From Lingula anatina (Eukaryota; Animalia; Brachiopoda): 64,000 bases of DNA. The first letter of the stretch is position 1. The number at the start of each line of letters is the position of its first letter. Of the stretch, positions 1-13,264 are shown piece after piece. Made by a program: the position numbers and the translations under genes. The stretch spans positions 29,469,967-29,533,966 of the forward strand of contig CM120640.1 of the NCBI GenBank assembly GCA_051362555.1. Reading direction: 5' to 3'. The notes under the pieces were generated by a model that worked only from the letters and a program-made list of their open reading frames with translations, ran no database searches and had not been told where the DNA came from.

Positions 1-138
1 CAATGGTGGATCTAGTCTCCGCCCTCCCCGAGGAGAGAGAGACCCATTCTGGACTCACATTATCAAGTCATCAAAATGCTCCATCTCGCCCCAAAGGTCA
101 ACATATGACCCCATTTAAATATCCTGGATCCGCCATTG
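1..138. mobile_element. Short hAT-like MITE
   Basis: Imperfect TIRs CAATGGTGGATCTAG (1-15) and CTGGATCCGCCATTG (124-138). Related CTGGATCCRCCNCTG-type ends recur at ~4341, 8406, 8694 and 25615. The left TSD is outside the window. Confidence 0.6.
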
Positions 139-2952
139 TTTTTCTCTATATAAGAAAAAAATTGTGAGATTTATATAAAATGCTCTGTTTAAAATTGAAC
201 GTTTTTTTAATCGGACACGTATCGTTAAGAAAAAAATGAGCACACTTTCATTATGTTTGGTAAAAAAAAAAAGAGTCGTACGTCCTACGTAAAAATATAT
301 ACAGCGTTTATCCAGCTATTGACAAAATGGAAGAATAGTTAACAATAGATTATAAAGGGAACATGAATTTGAAAAAAAAATCACTTGCAAAAACTATATA
401 GAAAACAAACTACATGTTCACTTATGAAATCTGGATTAAAATCCAAGGGAGAGATCTCGATATTTCTCACATTTCTTACATCCATTTCAGAGATAAATAC
501 TAAAACAAGAAAGAAGTTTTTTTCCATCCTATGAATGGTATTTACATGTATCAAATCAGCTTTTCAAGAAGGGAATTTTTGCAAATGGAAATTGAAATTT
601 GTAAATTCTACATACTTCACTAGTAAAACAAAATAATCGAACTTGGTTCGTAAAATTATATCTCTTACTCAACAAGACAGCAAAACATTCAACTTTCAAG
701 AGACGAGATGCCTTTTTCTCATCTGAACATTAAAAGAGAGACACACTATTAGCGTCAGTCGTTACAATCTAGATTTCAGTCCATTTGAAGAATGAGACTG
801 AAGAATATAGTCACGCCGGTAAAAACAGAAATTAAGAATTCAACACCGGTCTTGTACAACTTATCAACGTTTTTAATAATGTGTCCTTCTGGGATTTAGG
901 TGAAATTGATGAATATCACAGAAAAATATTTGGCTGCAAATCGACATAAAATTAGTATTTTTTGCGCACTTAATTTACAATCTAAACTAGAAAGTCGCCA
1001 CTTGCTGTCTTGCTGAAGAATACAGCCAATACTACACAAATGTCACGTCGACGAACATGAAACTACGATAGTATAGAACATATTTTAATGCACAGGGGCG
1101 AATTATCGAAATACGTTAGTAAAGCAAATAGTTTTGTTACTAATGACCATGCATTCTGGTATATGATCACATTTGAAATTCGTAAAAGACCTCAAATGGG
1201 ATATTATATGATATAAAACACGCAAGAGACACCTCAAGACCTAGCCTTTTCAAATCCGTTACAAACAGCATTTCTATCAGCTCGCCCCCTATGTCTTGAA
1301 GGGATCATCTTATAATCAATGCAACAAATTTAACTCACGTATTTATATGAAATGGAATATTAAATCTTGATTTATGAAATCTTGCCACTATTCAAAATGG
1401 AAATACATCACTATACTTAATAATTTAATTATGTTCTCTACTTCGGAAATGGACGTTTGTTGCTTTACCTATATCATATTCTTTAATTCCACTACCAACT
1501 GCTCATTGAATATCAACATGTCAATAGCTAGACTCTCACAAGACATTTCATAGCATTTTCCCCTCCTTGGCCATTTCTCACGGTAAACTTCGACTGTCAC
1601 TACTATTTCTACCGATGAAGTTAAAAATACTGAACATGAAGTGCCACTGCATCTTCCTTTGTTTTATGAGACGTGATGAGATGAAGTGAAGGAAGAAATA
1701 AATGGTACGTGGGGAAAATGTTGGGAAATGATCAAAACCACTCTGAAGCAAACAGGCGTCAATATACTTTTCAAAAATAAATCACAATTAACTTACAGCC
1801 AAAAACCCAACATCCATTTCTTAAAATGTTACATTGATTTGGCTGAAATTACGATATTCGCATACTTAATGTCGGGGCCGCCCTCGATCCACTTCCTGAT
1901 CACTCAGCACTGAGGCAGTGACGTCTCCTTCCAGGTTGTCCATCCCATTACATTCATGGTAGGGGGAGGTGGCAGGGCGAAGTGACCGCCTTTTCTATAT
2001 ATTCAGTTCTCACAAATATTTAACAAATAAAACTTCATTTGTAATATATAACATCAGAAATACATAGGACGAATTTGTGTTCAGTATATTTCAAAATTTG
2101 CCAGAAAAATTAACCTTAGATCCTAATCCACCCCAAACTAAAACGACATTATGTAGGTCACTGGCTATCTTGATATAATGCAATATGGGCCGCTGATTTT
2201 ATATCTGAGCAGTTTTTGTTATGTTTGACCAACTAGACCGTACGATAGCGACATCTGGAGGAAAATACAAAAATACTGCAATCGGAAACACGGCAGCTGG
2301 TTTTAGATTTACAATTTTAGGGACATGGGACGTACAGCGGATGACAATGATTTAATATTTTAATTGCACAATAAAACTAAATTTGATGATTGCAATTCTC
2401 TCATACAATGTATATCTTCATATTCTCTCATGAATGCATGCGTGTGTGCGTGCGTGAGCGCGTTCGCTGTTGTAAGCAAATGTTCCATGATTTACATCAT
2501 GCGATGGAGGATATGTTAAAACAAAGAAGTAGACAGCTAAGAGATTAACATAAAAGCTACAGGTTATCTACATACTATGAATGCTGTTCACGATCAGCCA
2601 CTGTTCAGCTATGATCGATTATTGAGGGAAAAAAACAATCGATGGGGGCTCGAAACATTTAAAAGGCCTACATTTGGCAAGTCAGATTTTTTTTTCAATT
2701 TCTCTAATGTGAAATACTTATCTTGTGTTTATCTAGTGTTTATTTCAGAAGTACAGTGTACGTGCAATGAAGCGTCGCGCATGCGATTTGATGGTAATCA
2801 CCTTGTATTGTATTTGGTAAATACACAGACAAACACGTACTTAGGACTTTTTAATTATGCGACTAATTGACGGTTGATCAAAGGCCTTGACGGCTAATAG
2901 AGGAAATACATTCATATGGCGTGGTGATTGGAAAAAGATCAGTTTACCTCGA

Positions 2953-3960
2953 TGTGAGGTTGGAGACCCAGTATTTTATTTTATTTTTTTTTTTTTTAAG
3001 GTTAACCAACTCTGAGTAGAAGGGATCATCTTCCAGAGTGAAAGGTCTGGTTAAGTTCCTAGGGATATTAGAGCTGTTCGGTTAGTTTATGGATAAATGC
3101 AAGTGAGACCACATGTTTTATTATTTATTTTAAATGGTATCTTGCTCTTGGTTTAGTGTGAATGAAGGATCTGTAGGTTTGGAGACGTGATCAGGACTGC
3201 TTGTTGTTTATTTAGATCCAAAGATGGCGAGGGGAATAGGCTCCCCAAGGCTGTCTGTAGCAGGCGGCCGTGGAGTCGCAAGGCTCTAAGGGTACACTAA
3301 AACGATCCATAGTGCTGTGGGTGAGGACTGAAGGCCCACTGTGTCTCGAATCCTGGATGAACAGGATACTGTGGTAACGTCTAGTCGGCTCAGTGTTAAC
3401 GGGTTCACTGAGTGGTATGGGCACCACAGTCCTCACCTAGCCAGACGATGTTGATGCGGTTCCGACACGGTGGCGAACAGGCAAGGCCGGTGAAAACGGT
3501 CAAAGTTCCGATAATCCATGGCAGTGAGACCGGGATCAGACCGTCATTTGCTCACTGAGAGCCTGGTTAGCTCTACGGGATTGAGTGATCACTATCGACT
3601 GGATCACCCGCCGGATTGTGACGACGCTCTCTCGCCTGCCCTGTGTCCGTAGCTAGGGTTTCAGCATTTCGACCTGCGTCCTTGAAAGCAATTCAGGCAA
3701 CACTACAGCTGAGAATGGTGGACCCCGCCGACGAAAAGAGGATGTGCAATTTCGCCCTGCCGTTTTCCGATGGAAGTGAAATTTGGCCCTGTCATTCGCC
3801 GATGAATCTATTTGAAAGACTGAAAAATATTGTTATTTCGATGTGAAAAGACTTTGTCATAAGACGCTCAACTGCCCGGTTTCCAGAGCTATTTTCTCTA
3901 TATTTTAAAAGAAAATTATACTCAAAGGGGTTTTATCTCTGGTTTTCACCCGGGCCTACA
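2953..3960 (-). mobile_element. Possible solo LTR / retroelement remnant
   Basis: GC-richer block. The minus strand begins TGTAGGCCCGG (3960) and ends ..CCAAACCTACA (3172), with a similar second end ..CCAACCTCACA (2953); each end is preceded by AATAAA. No TSD or PBS seen. Confidence 0.3.
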
Positions 3961-4272
3961 CTTAAAACGTGTAATTATGTATAGTTTTAATTCTGTGTAA
4001 ATATTGTAAATATTATAAGGGTGAAGGTCTCCAACATGAGAAATGAAAAAAAAAGTTTTATTTCTGGAAAAAGTGGAAGGAATATGTAGTGTCCGCCATA
4101 ATGATCAAAAAGATATTTAATGAGGTCTTATGATGTAACGTGTTGAGCTGCAATAATTCACGAGTAATGTGGCGGCCTCTTTGTATAACGCCGATGTAAA
4201 GAAATAAACTATACAATTATAAGTCATTAGTGCAGCATCGGATCCACGTAATAGATAAGAAATAAGTATATA

Positions 4273-4341
4273 GGGAGGATCGGCTTCGCATCCGCGGACC
4301 CCCCCCCCCTCCCCCTTCAATTAATCCTGGATCCACCCCTG
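4273..4341. mobile_element. hAT-like MITE 3' fragment
   Basis: TCGGCTTCGCATCCGCGGACCCCC...TAATCCTGGATCCACCCCTG, nearly identical to 8630-8694. Confidence 0.55.
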
Positions 4342-5324
4342 GATAAATAAAGGCATTACTTCACTCCAATAGTGATAAAACAGTCATTGAAGTGATTTTT
4401 TAGGTGAAAACTATTATATTGTTGACAATCATATTCCCTTTGCCTTCACAGCCATCAATACGTTTGGACGTATCGGAATCATGTAAGGACACGCGTTAAT
4501 ATTTTGTCAAATCATTCGTAATTCACGGAAGACTCTAAAAGTAAAAAAATGTCTTTGCATTTGTTTGCCAAAACGTGGGTGCCTTGAAAGAAAATGCGGC
4601 TGCTTGAAACGGCAGGCTGCGTGCAATTTGCCTGAGTGCGCAGCTGTTATAATTTCAGAATAACCAAATTACCTTCCCGAAATGGGGATGCGTTGTAATA
4701 GCAAAAAACTTATTTAATCGAGACTTGGGTGGGCTATAACATACTGTAAATTACCCGTACGTGTTTTGGTGAGAAGTGTTCAGTTCGGACCAAGGTCAGT
4801 GAAAGAAGCTTATGCCACAGTCAGCCCTCATATTATTCCACAATCAGCCCTCATATTTAGCGCTGACAACTGCAGCAATCTGTTGTAAGTACAGTGCAGA
4901 CGAAATTGAAAATATCAGTCTACACGCTTCCTTTTGTTCCAACGTACTCGTATAATCACCAATCTTCTATATTCTTTCCAACCCCAGGAGCAGGCGTGTT
5001 AATCTGTTCATGTAAGTTAATCTATAATTCCATAGTCTAGTAAATTAATGGCATTCAAAGATATTTGGATCGATATACGTAGACCGATATTTACAATGGG
5101 AATGAGCCCATAGTTTCATTGGCCATGGGAGCATTATTAGTTTCCAAGGAGAACGATACTTTGTCTTAAAAGTCGACAATCAATTCTGAGTTTAGTTTGT
5201 TATCAGTAATTTTTACAGAGGAAAAGTATATGCTAATTGAAAAGCAAGAGCCCCAAGGATCAACCGAAAGATCATAATTTTTAATATAAATAGATCTGCA
5301 GTAGATTCACCGTGTCACTGCATA

Positions 5325-5445
5325 GGGACCATTTCCACAGATATTTGGATCGATCTATCTCCCTGAGGAGTCTCACTATATTGCTATCAACTAGCCGGCT
5401 TAAACGTCTGTTACACCTAGTAAAGCTGTTAGGGGGTAATTATCT
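5325..5445 (+). mobile_element. Partial copy of the MITE at 5939-6163
   Basis: Aligns by eye to 5939-6060 (CCATTTCCAcAGAT..GATCGATCTAT..GGAGTCTCACT..TAGCCGGCTTAAaCGTCTGT..AAAGCTGT..GGGGGT). Confidence 0.6.
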
Positions 5446-5938
5446 TTACCCTAGCTAATTCGGTGGGCGCGACAGACATTTCATTAAACGAAATCCACAC
5501 GTGGTTCGGAGTAAAGACATACGTCCGAATAAATTTGTAGTAGAGTAAACAGTTTGTTTCAAAGAGTCAGCTTCTTCAAATTAAAACATGAAACTTGAGG
5601 GAAGTATTGAAGCAGCTTGTAGTTTACAGTCGATCTCCTAACCATTGTCAACAATATTGCTGACGTTGCTGTTTGCAGTCAGAAGACCCATCTCCAGCTG
5701 TTCTTCCTCCAACACTTCCTGCCATGACGAAATGGTGAAGATGTTTAGTCAGTAAGACAAGTCTCAGTATCGCCAGTCTTGGTGAATGTTTGCAAAAAAC
5801 ATAGATCTAAGCTTTTACCAACTTTTACAAACAGAGTTGCTGACTTTTGGTTGTTTTGATTAATATATGAATTGAACAAAGAGACGGTAGTAAAATCAGG
5901 AATTTTTCTTTCTTTCTTTTTACCTGAGCGATATGTAA

Positions 5939-6163
5939 GACCCCATTTCCATAGATTTTAGATCGATCTATCCCTGTGGGGAGTCTCACTTGATTACTGT
6001 CAGCTTAGCCGGCTTAAGCGTCTGTCCCGCCTACTGAAAGCTGTAAGGGGGTTATTAACTATGGTGCACGCTCGGCTGACTGCAATTTAGCGTGAACCCC
6101 CAGGGAGTTAGGTCGATCTAAATTTTAATCTCTGGATCGATCTAAATCTCTGGGAATACACCC
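5939..6163 (+). mobile_element. PIF/Harbinger-like MITE
   Basis: Imperfect TIRs (GACCCCATTTCCATAGATTTTAGATCGATC / GATCGATCTAAATCTCTGGGAATACACCC) with TAA on both flanks (5936-5938, 6164-6166), matching the 3-bp TWA TSD of PIF/Harbinger. Further partial copies at 5325 and ~13726. Confidence 0.55.
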
Positions 6164-6380
6164 TAAAATTGGGGAGGCGACCATATGAGTTAGAAACTCA
6201 TTCACGTAGTAGTCAGAGAGCCAACTAAATTCAAATAAACGAAAGTAAAATTATAGTCGATGAATAATCAAATGAATAAATGTAGTAGTTAATAAAAGAT
6301 TAATATGATACAAAATAACTAAATAATTTTAAATAAAATTTCATGATACAGTGTATAGCAAAATAAGTTAAATAATATTG

Positions 6381-7847
6381 TTAGGAGCTTTCACACCAAC
6401 CAATATTGCAGGAAGAAAAGTATCGAGGATATTTGTAACAATGACTTAGAAGGCCAGTCATGCTGCTAATTCTTTGGTCCACGTTGCTGAAATGAAATAG
6501 ATGAAAATAGTTCATTCAATCTGAATAGACAGTTCAATGTGAGCCACGTTGGGGGTTAATGCAACTGACCACCGAAGAGTTTTACGAAGAAAAAAGCAAT
6601 TCATCAAAAAAAATGCATTAAACAAAACTATGCTACAATAGGTTAGAGCTATCCTGGAGATTTCATTGAAAATAATTAAATGTACAAACAGTTACATCTC
6701 ATAATGTGTCCCCTACCAGACTAATCTGTCAATCAGATCCCTGTAGGCAAACTCCGTGTCTGTGTAAATGATGGTGCCTTGGAGGATTTTTCTTCTGGCT
6801 TCTGCTCTAGAAGGCACCTCAATCCAAAGTGGGTGTCTAAAGTAATTCGAAAAAAATGATCACAAACTGCTCTCGATCACTTCATACTATTCTTATATTT
6901 GTAAAATTCGATGGGCCTCTTTAATTTTGCGTGAATTTAGTCCCAGAGGAAATATTTTAAATCTATTCCTATATCTTGATTTCCCCATCAAATTACTTGA
7001 ACTACTGAAAGATGGGATATCATTTTTGGCCTTATATTTTCTATGAAAACTGTTGACCTAAATTTAGTCATTATGCCATAACTGTACACTTTGTCTATCT
7101 TACCTTCCCTCCATCAATTCAAATAGCATGACACCAAAAGCATAGTAATCTGCTTTCCGCGAGGCGGGGCAACCCCTAAATACCTCTGGGGTCATGTTCT
7201 TGTAGGCGGTAAAGTTCATTAACTGGGCCCCATGGATGCTCTCCCCAGCCGCAATCAGAGGATGGACGGACCCCAGATCACACTGTAAGAAAGAAAACAT
7301 TAGTTTAAAAATTGAATAAAGAAACAGAATATTCCGTTTAAAAAATAAAATGTTAGGCATGTTCAAAACGTTTATTATCAATCGCTTTAAAAACAAACTC
7401 AAAGATGATTAATTCGCCGGACTTTTATCAACAAAATTAAAATCTTACCAGTTTAGGGATCCCGTGCAGAATGACCAACACGTTGTTGGTTTTGATATAA
7501 AAATGAGCTAGTTTTAGTTGATGTAAGTGCCCAATTGCCAAACAGACGCACGTGGCAATATACTTCACCATTTGGATAGGAACTGCTTCGCTAAATAAAT
7601 GTGTGCCAATATAAGATTTTTTTCAACATAAAAGAAAACCAAATTTTGTTGCGTAATTCTTGCAAACATATTTTTAGAATAAAGCAAGATCAATTAAAGA
7701 TATGCAAAATAACTTCTATAAGGAAGAAATAGAATCACTTACAAAAAGCCCTCCCAATATTCCTGAAGTATCTCTAGGTCCAACCATGGGCACAACTCGG
7801 TCAACAAAACGGAAAACCCCGGCCTAATATCAAACGAGTGAGTGTCT
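6381..7847 (-). CDS. Spliced AGC-like Ser/Thr protein kinase domain (subdomains IV/V-XI), predicted pseudokinase; 5' exons not located
   Basis: Five GT-AG exons in consistent phase: 7743-7847 (alternative acceptor 7823), 7449-7590, 7104-7282, 6717-6836, 6381-6486 (stop TAA). Joined translation: DTHSFDIRPGFSVLLTELCPWLDLEILQEYWEGFFEAVPIQMVKYIATCVCLAIGHLHQLKLAHFYIKTNNVLVILHGIPKLCDLGSVHPLIAAGESIHGAQLMNFTAYKNMTPEVFRGCPASRKADYYAFGVMLFELMEGRHPLWIEVPSRAEARRKILQGTIIYTDTEFAYRDLIDRLVCNVDQRISSMTGLLSHCYKYPRYFSSCNIGWCESS*. Motifs: HxxxKxxN, DLG (DFG), TPE (APE), D..AFGV.LFEL..G..P, DLI.RL.C...QR. Confidence 0.85.
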
Positions 7848-8177
7848 CTGGAACCGAATTTGCTCACGTACAGACAAATACATATCGGGCGAACGAAAAG
7901 AATTTACGTATTAAAAGTGATTTGTAATTGTATCATAAATGATAGTTTGTGGTTTAAGTTCATGGAGTTTTTATCCGTCTGCTCTGATCTTATACTCATA
8001 AAACTTAACAGTTTGGTAAAATGAACTGGTATCTAAAATCTATTGAAAATTCGAAGCATATGGAGTCAAAATGCATCAAACATTTAACGAGGTGCAACGT
8101 TATTTACTTGGCGTATTTCAAAATGTTCATCTATGTTTCTAGGTATGTAAGTATGCATATTATTTAATACTTAATTT

Positions 8178-8694
8178 GGTCCTGACCCCCTCCCCTCTCC
8201 TTCGATTTCTGGTCCCCTCTTGAAATTAGAATTTCGACTAGCTGAATCATCGTTCTAAACCGTAGGCCTACCAAATGGCACCGTTTGCCTTCTAAAATAG
8301 GCCTACCGACATTTTTCGTGGCCCTTCATCGGGCCCCGAACCCCACGCCAAGTGTGTGTGTTGGAGGGGGGGTCCCACCCTTCAAATACTCCTGGATCCG
8401 CCCCTGGGTCGGGGGGTCCTGACCCTCCCTTCGGTTTCTGAAAAAAAATCACACTAATAATATTAGTCATTATATTTATTATTATATTATATTATATTTT
8501 CTTCTTTTGGAAATAAATTTTTGACTAGCTGATTTATAGTACTAAACTGCACCAAACTGCACCGTTTGCTCTCTAAAATACCAAACCGGTAAAAAAATGC
8601 CAACCGGGGTGGGGGTGGCGGGGTGGAGGTCGGCTTCGCATCCGCGGACCCCCCCCCCCCCCCCCCCTTTCAAATAATCTTGGATCCGCCCCTG
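8178..8694. mobile_element. Two tandem hAT-like MITE fragments
   Basis: Two similar ~230-280 bp blocks (GGTCCTGACCC..GACTAGCTGA..GCACCGTTTGC..TCTAAAATA), each ending TGGATCCGCCCCTG (8406, 8694). Confidence 0.55.
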
Positions 8695-9146
8695 TATGAT
8701 ACTCATTTTATATAATTTTCATCGTACATCACTATACACTACAGAAGTCTGCAAGCAGGTAAGAAAATACGTTGCAGTTTAATGTCAGATTTACAGTAAT
8801 TAACCCTCGCCAAGCTTGCATAAACTGTCGCCTAATTTCACCTCAATCCATGCAGATCCAAACGACAACCGTTACCTGCCATCTCAGTACACAACCTTCG
8901 TAATCTGCCATTTCACATATCAGATACTGCTTTTAAAAATCACAGCAAAATCATATCAAGATAACAAAAATTTAAAAAATCTATTAATCTCCCCTGCCCA
9001 CAGTGAATACACCATAGATCATACCATAAAAAATATGCTGCTCTACCACGGACCCGGAGGTGATGGCTTAGTTGAGGAGGTCAGCCAATATGACTAATAG
9101 GCAGTCTTTCTACTCTCCACCAGGGTCGGCTGGGTGACGGGTGGCG

Positions 9147-9427
9147 TTTTTATTACCTTCGCCTAGGAGGTTATGTTTTCATGTTTGTCTGTCTATTTGT
9201 CTGTCTGTCTGTCATTAACATAACTCAAAAAGTTATTGACCGATTTTGATGAAATTTTCAGGAACTGTCAGAAGTGGGCCAAGGAACAGATGATTAGTTT
9301 TTGGTGGTGATCCGGATCAATAATCAATCAATAATCAAAAATATCGAAAATTTAGGGGTGAAACGGCATTGGATGCAGACTTTGCTGTCTTGGCGGAAGT
9401 CTGCGCTCTCTGAGTGCTTTTCTAGTT
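9147..9427 (+). mobile_element. Non-autonomous Helentron (HINE/DINE-1-like) element
   Basis: T-rich 5' end plus subTIR ACCTTCGCC with nearby inverted copy GGAGGT, (GTCT)n microsatellite, core GACCGATTTTGATGAAATTTTCAGG, 3' subTIR GGCGGAAGT, GCGCTC-TCT-GAGTGC hairpin and CTAGTT terminus. Confidence 0.8.
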
Positions 9428-10055
9428 ATTTTTGTTTTGCAAAGTTTCTCGCTGGACAACACAGAAAATGATACAGAATAAGCCAGAAATATCTGCGAAT
9501 ATCTAGTGAAGAATATCTCTGTGGCCCTGGCAGAGAGTATTTGTGCTTTCAACAACACTATTGAGGCTCACACTCACATGATTCAGCAATCTCTCTCTCT
9601 CCCTAATTAATAAATAAATATCTGCTCCTTGTTTCTTACAATAATGAAAAATGCTAATACCCCCCCCCCCCCGCCCCCAATATCGACCTCCAACATCAGT
9701 TCTAAGATATTTGTGTGTAATTTAATCGTCCGTCAAGATGTTCCTGGTTATTACGCAATTATTATTTATTATTTTTTTCGATTGCATTAATTTCTCAGCT
9801 AAACCTGTATTTAAAATTCCTCTGTCCCTTCTCTTTCGCCCGTGTTTTTAACTTCTCAATCTTTCAGCTTATCCACTGTGAAACATTTTAAATGAACAAT
9901 CTGTTTTAATAAGGGTTAGGCTACATGCCGTAGGCTGCGGTGTGTTGATTTTGATCCTGTCTCAACCATGATTGTGACGGGCACCACAGATATCAACCGT
10001 ACTTAAATTCATGTTAAGCTAAAACAACAGCTTTATTGGACGTGAGAATGAGAGA

Positions 10056-10294
10056 GGAGGGGGTGGCGCCTCCTACTTGTGATGTACTGCAGAGAGCATG
10101 TATGTACATTTTTATGTAAGAATGTCTGACGGAGAATGTAGTGGAGCGGGAGGAGGAGAAAAATAATAGGGATGGAGGGGGTGGCGCCTCCTACTTGTGA
10201 TGTACTGCAGAGAGCATGTATGTACATTTTTATGTAAGAATGTCTGACGGAGAATGTAGTGGAGCGGGAGGAGGAGAAAAATAATAGGGATGGA
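10056..10294. repeat. Perfect 118-bp tandem duplication (2 copies)
   Basis: GGAGGGGGTGGCGCCTCCTACTTGTG... starts at 10056 and again at 10174. Confidence 0.9.
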
Positions 10295-10477
10295 TGTAGG
10301 GGAGAGGAAGGGAGGCATTTATGTACAAATATATCAGTTCGTTACAACAGTCGACCTAACTCACGGGGAACATTATTCTCAGGTTGTCCCCGACAGCACA
10401 TCGAGACTAAGATATTTCTGGAAACTAACCTCAGCATACCTCTGGAGTGGTGTAAGTAGTAGAAGCAGTACATGTAG

Positions 10478-13157
10478 TAGTCCGGTTGCTTAGGGCAAAA
10501 AAATGGCCAAATCGTGACACAGCGGATAAAAGCACCAAATTTTGCATGTGGGTACCTTTTGACATACTAAATCAAATTAGAGCCGTAGCCCACGGAAAAA
10601 ATTAACCGTTTGGCCAAAAAATCCAAAATGGCCGCCAATTTGTGAAATTTTGTAGAAATATATACATATCTATGTTGATTTTTATCAAATTAAGTATTTT
10701 CTCAATGTTTTCCACATCCTTATTACCCATATTATGCATATGTGTCAGATAACAAACTAGTGTCCTTGGACTTATTGAAAAATCCAAGATGGCCGCCATA
10801 TGACATAGGAATACTAGAACATGTACAAGGGTTTTCAACTAACTAATGCCAACTAGGAAGATGCATTGCCCACTATCTAATTAGTTTTGTTTCTTATTAC
10901 ACAAATAATATATTTGTGGTGAGTAACTAACCTTTATTCACAGGCAATTCGAGAAAAATCCATGATGGCCCCCATATCAAAGGAATACTACAGTAGTATA
11001 CACATAGGGCTTCTTCTGCCATGGAAATATAATATTAATTGATAAATTAGGTTTGTTTCTGAGTATTTTCCACATCTTTTTAATTTACATAATACATATG
11101 TGATGAGAATGTTACGTGTATCCTTTTTGAAAACAAAACAAAACAAAATGGCTGCCATTAGCCATAGAAGGTGGGGTTCAGTTAATGCCTGCTAGAGATA
11201 GGCTTACAAATAAAATGAAGCTGAGTTCAGTTGTTATTCTGTTTTTTTTTAGTATTATTATCCCATGATACATATCTGCTAGGTAATTAATGTCCATATT
11301 TTATCATTTTGGGGAAATCCAAGATGGCCTTCTTTTCCCCATAGGAAAACTGGTGCATTAGATTTAATAGGCACTTCTAAGGCAAATGAGGGTAATCATG
11401 ATATTTTTTCAAAATACTTAAGGGTATACACTTGTTGCCCACCAGACAGATATCTAAAAGTCCAAAAGGAATGTGGGAAATACCGAGAAACAAAATTCAT
11501 TTTATATTGAACCCAATGTCTCTCTGGCAGTAGTTGACTGTACTATTCCTATTGTGAATTGCAGCAATCTTGAATTTTCTCAAATACGCAAGATGCACAC
11601 TTGCTACACACCAGATTTATAAAGAGTAAGGTTAATAAGGATGTCAACATGTTTAAACATCAAACGGCTTTATTTCAGGTTGGAATCAATGTCTGAACTG
11701 TTCTATTAATTGACACCTATATTCCTATGACAACTGGCAGCTATCTTGGGTTTTCTCCGAATAATACTCAAGGATACATACACTTTCAAAACACACAGAG
11801 TCTTTCATAAGGATAAATAGGATATGAAAAACATTTAAAAAAGACCCAACGTTAACTACATTTAAATCGTACTCAGTGTATCTCTAGCATTATTTGATTA
11901 TGTGTTCGAATATTCTAATGACAAAAGGCAGACATCTTGCATTTTTTCAGAATACCCAAAGATACACACATGCCATACTACAGACCAGGTATACATCATA
12001 GGGGTAATAATAAATGGAATGAAAATCATGAATTATTTTTAAAACAAACTCATGGAAATGTAATTGTATAATGAACCATGCATATGCCTCTCTAGCAGCA
12101 ATTGAAACCCACCCATTAGTATTCCTATGTTAAATTGTAGGTATCTTTTTCTCAGAATATCCAAGGATGCACACTTTTTACCCACCAGATATATATCATA
12201 GGACTAATAAGGATGGGCAAAACTTGATAAGCAAACTCAAATTCACCCTGGTAGTAGATGAAAAGCCATGGATGTGCAGTTGTAATTCCAGTAGTATTCC
12301 TATGGCCAGTGACGGCCATCTTGGGTTTTCTCAAAATGATCAAATATGCACATTTATTACCTGCTAGATATGTATCACAGTGTAATAATAATGTGTAAAA
12401 CACTAAAAAAATAAACTGAATTTGATAGTGAATTAGTTGGTATTAGTTCCAACCCTTTGTAATACTAGAAGTATTCCTATTACATATGACGGCCATCTTG
12501 GATTTTCTCAAAATGCCCAAGAATACTGTTAGTTACTCACCACATACATATTGTTTGGGTAGAAAGGATGTGGAAAACACTCAGAAACCAGCTTAATTTG
12601 ATAGTGAAAAACTAATCTTTCCAGTTGCCATTAGTTGAATCCCCCGTATACTAGAATTCCTGTGGCACATGGCAGCCATCTTGGATTTTCCAAAATGCCC
12701 AAGAACATTTCGTAGTTACTCACCACAAACATATTATGTGGGTAACAAAGATCTGAGAAACAGACTTAATTTAATAGTGGACAACGTATCGTTCTAGCTG
12801 GTAATAGTTGTGCACTAGTATTCCTATGGCTGTTTCTATGGCAAATGACAGCCATCTTGGATTTTTTCAAAAAGTCCAAGGGAACTTGTTTGCTATCTGA
12901 CATATATGAATATAATGGGTAATAAGGGTGTGGAAAACTCTGAGAAAATAATTTATTTGATAAAAATCAACATAGGTATGTACATAATTCTAAAGATTTC
13001 AATAAATTGGCGGCCATTTTGGATTTTTTGACCAAACGGTAAATTTTTTCCGTGGGCTACGGCTCTAATTTGATTTAGAATGTCAAAAGGTACCCACATG
13101 CAAAATTTGGTGCTTTTATCCGCCGTGTCACGATTTTTTCCTTAAGCCACCGGACTA
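10478..13157. mobile_element. Non-autonomous long-TIR DNA transposon (Academ-like)
   Basis: TIRs >300 bp (TAGTCCGGTTGCTTAGGG..ATCGTGACACAGCGGATAAAAGCACCAAATTTTGCATGTGGGTACC.. vs its reverse complement ending ..CTTAAGCCACCGGACTA). 3-bp TSD TAG (10475-10477, 13158-13160). Internal ~170-190 bp subrepeats carry AATCCAAGATGGCCGCC. No transposase ORF. The superfamily call rests only on TAG termini plus a 3-bp TSD. Confidence 0.8.
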
Positions 13158-13239
13158 TAGTAGTAGGACTACATGATGTACCGGTAGTATTAAGAGTAGT
13201 TGTAGTATAGAAGGCAATAATTATTACTGGCATAGGCTG

Positions 13240-13264
13240 TATATATATATATATATATATATAT
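13240..13264. repeat. (AT)n microsatellite
   Basis: Direct read. Confidence 0.9.

Noticed and set aside
1870-2010. Cluster of ETS-, CRE- and TATA-like motifs
   Set aside because: Short motifs expected by chance, with no associated downstream gene.
5640-5745. Possible minus-strand exon (SWQEVLEEEQLEMGLLTANSNVSNIVDN)
   Set aside because: Donor-like end but no clear acceptor, partner exons or homology; it lies downstream of the kinase stop.
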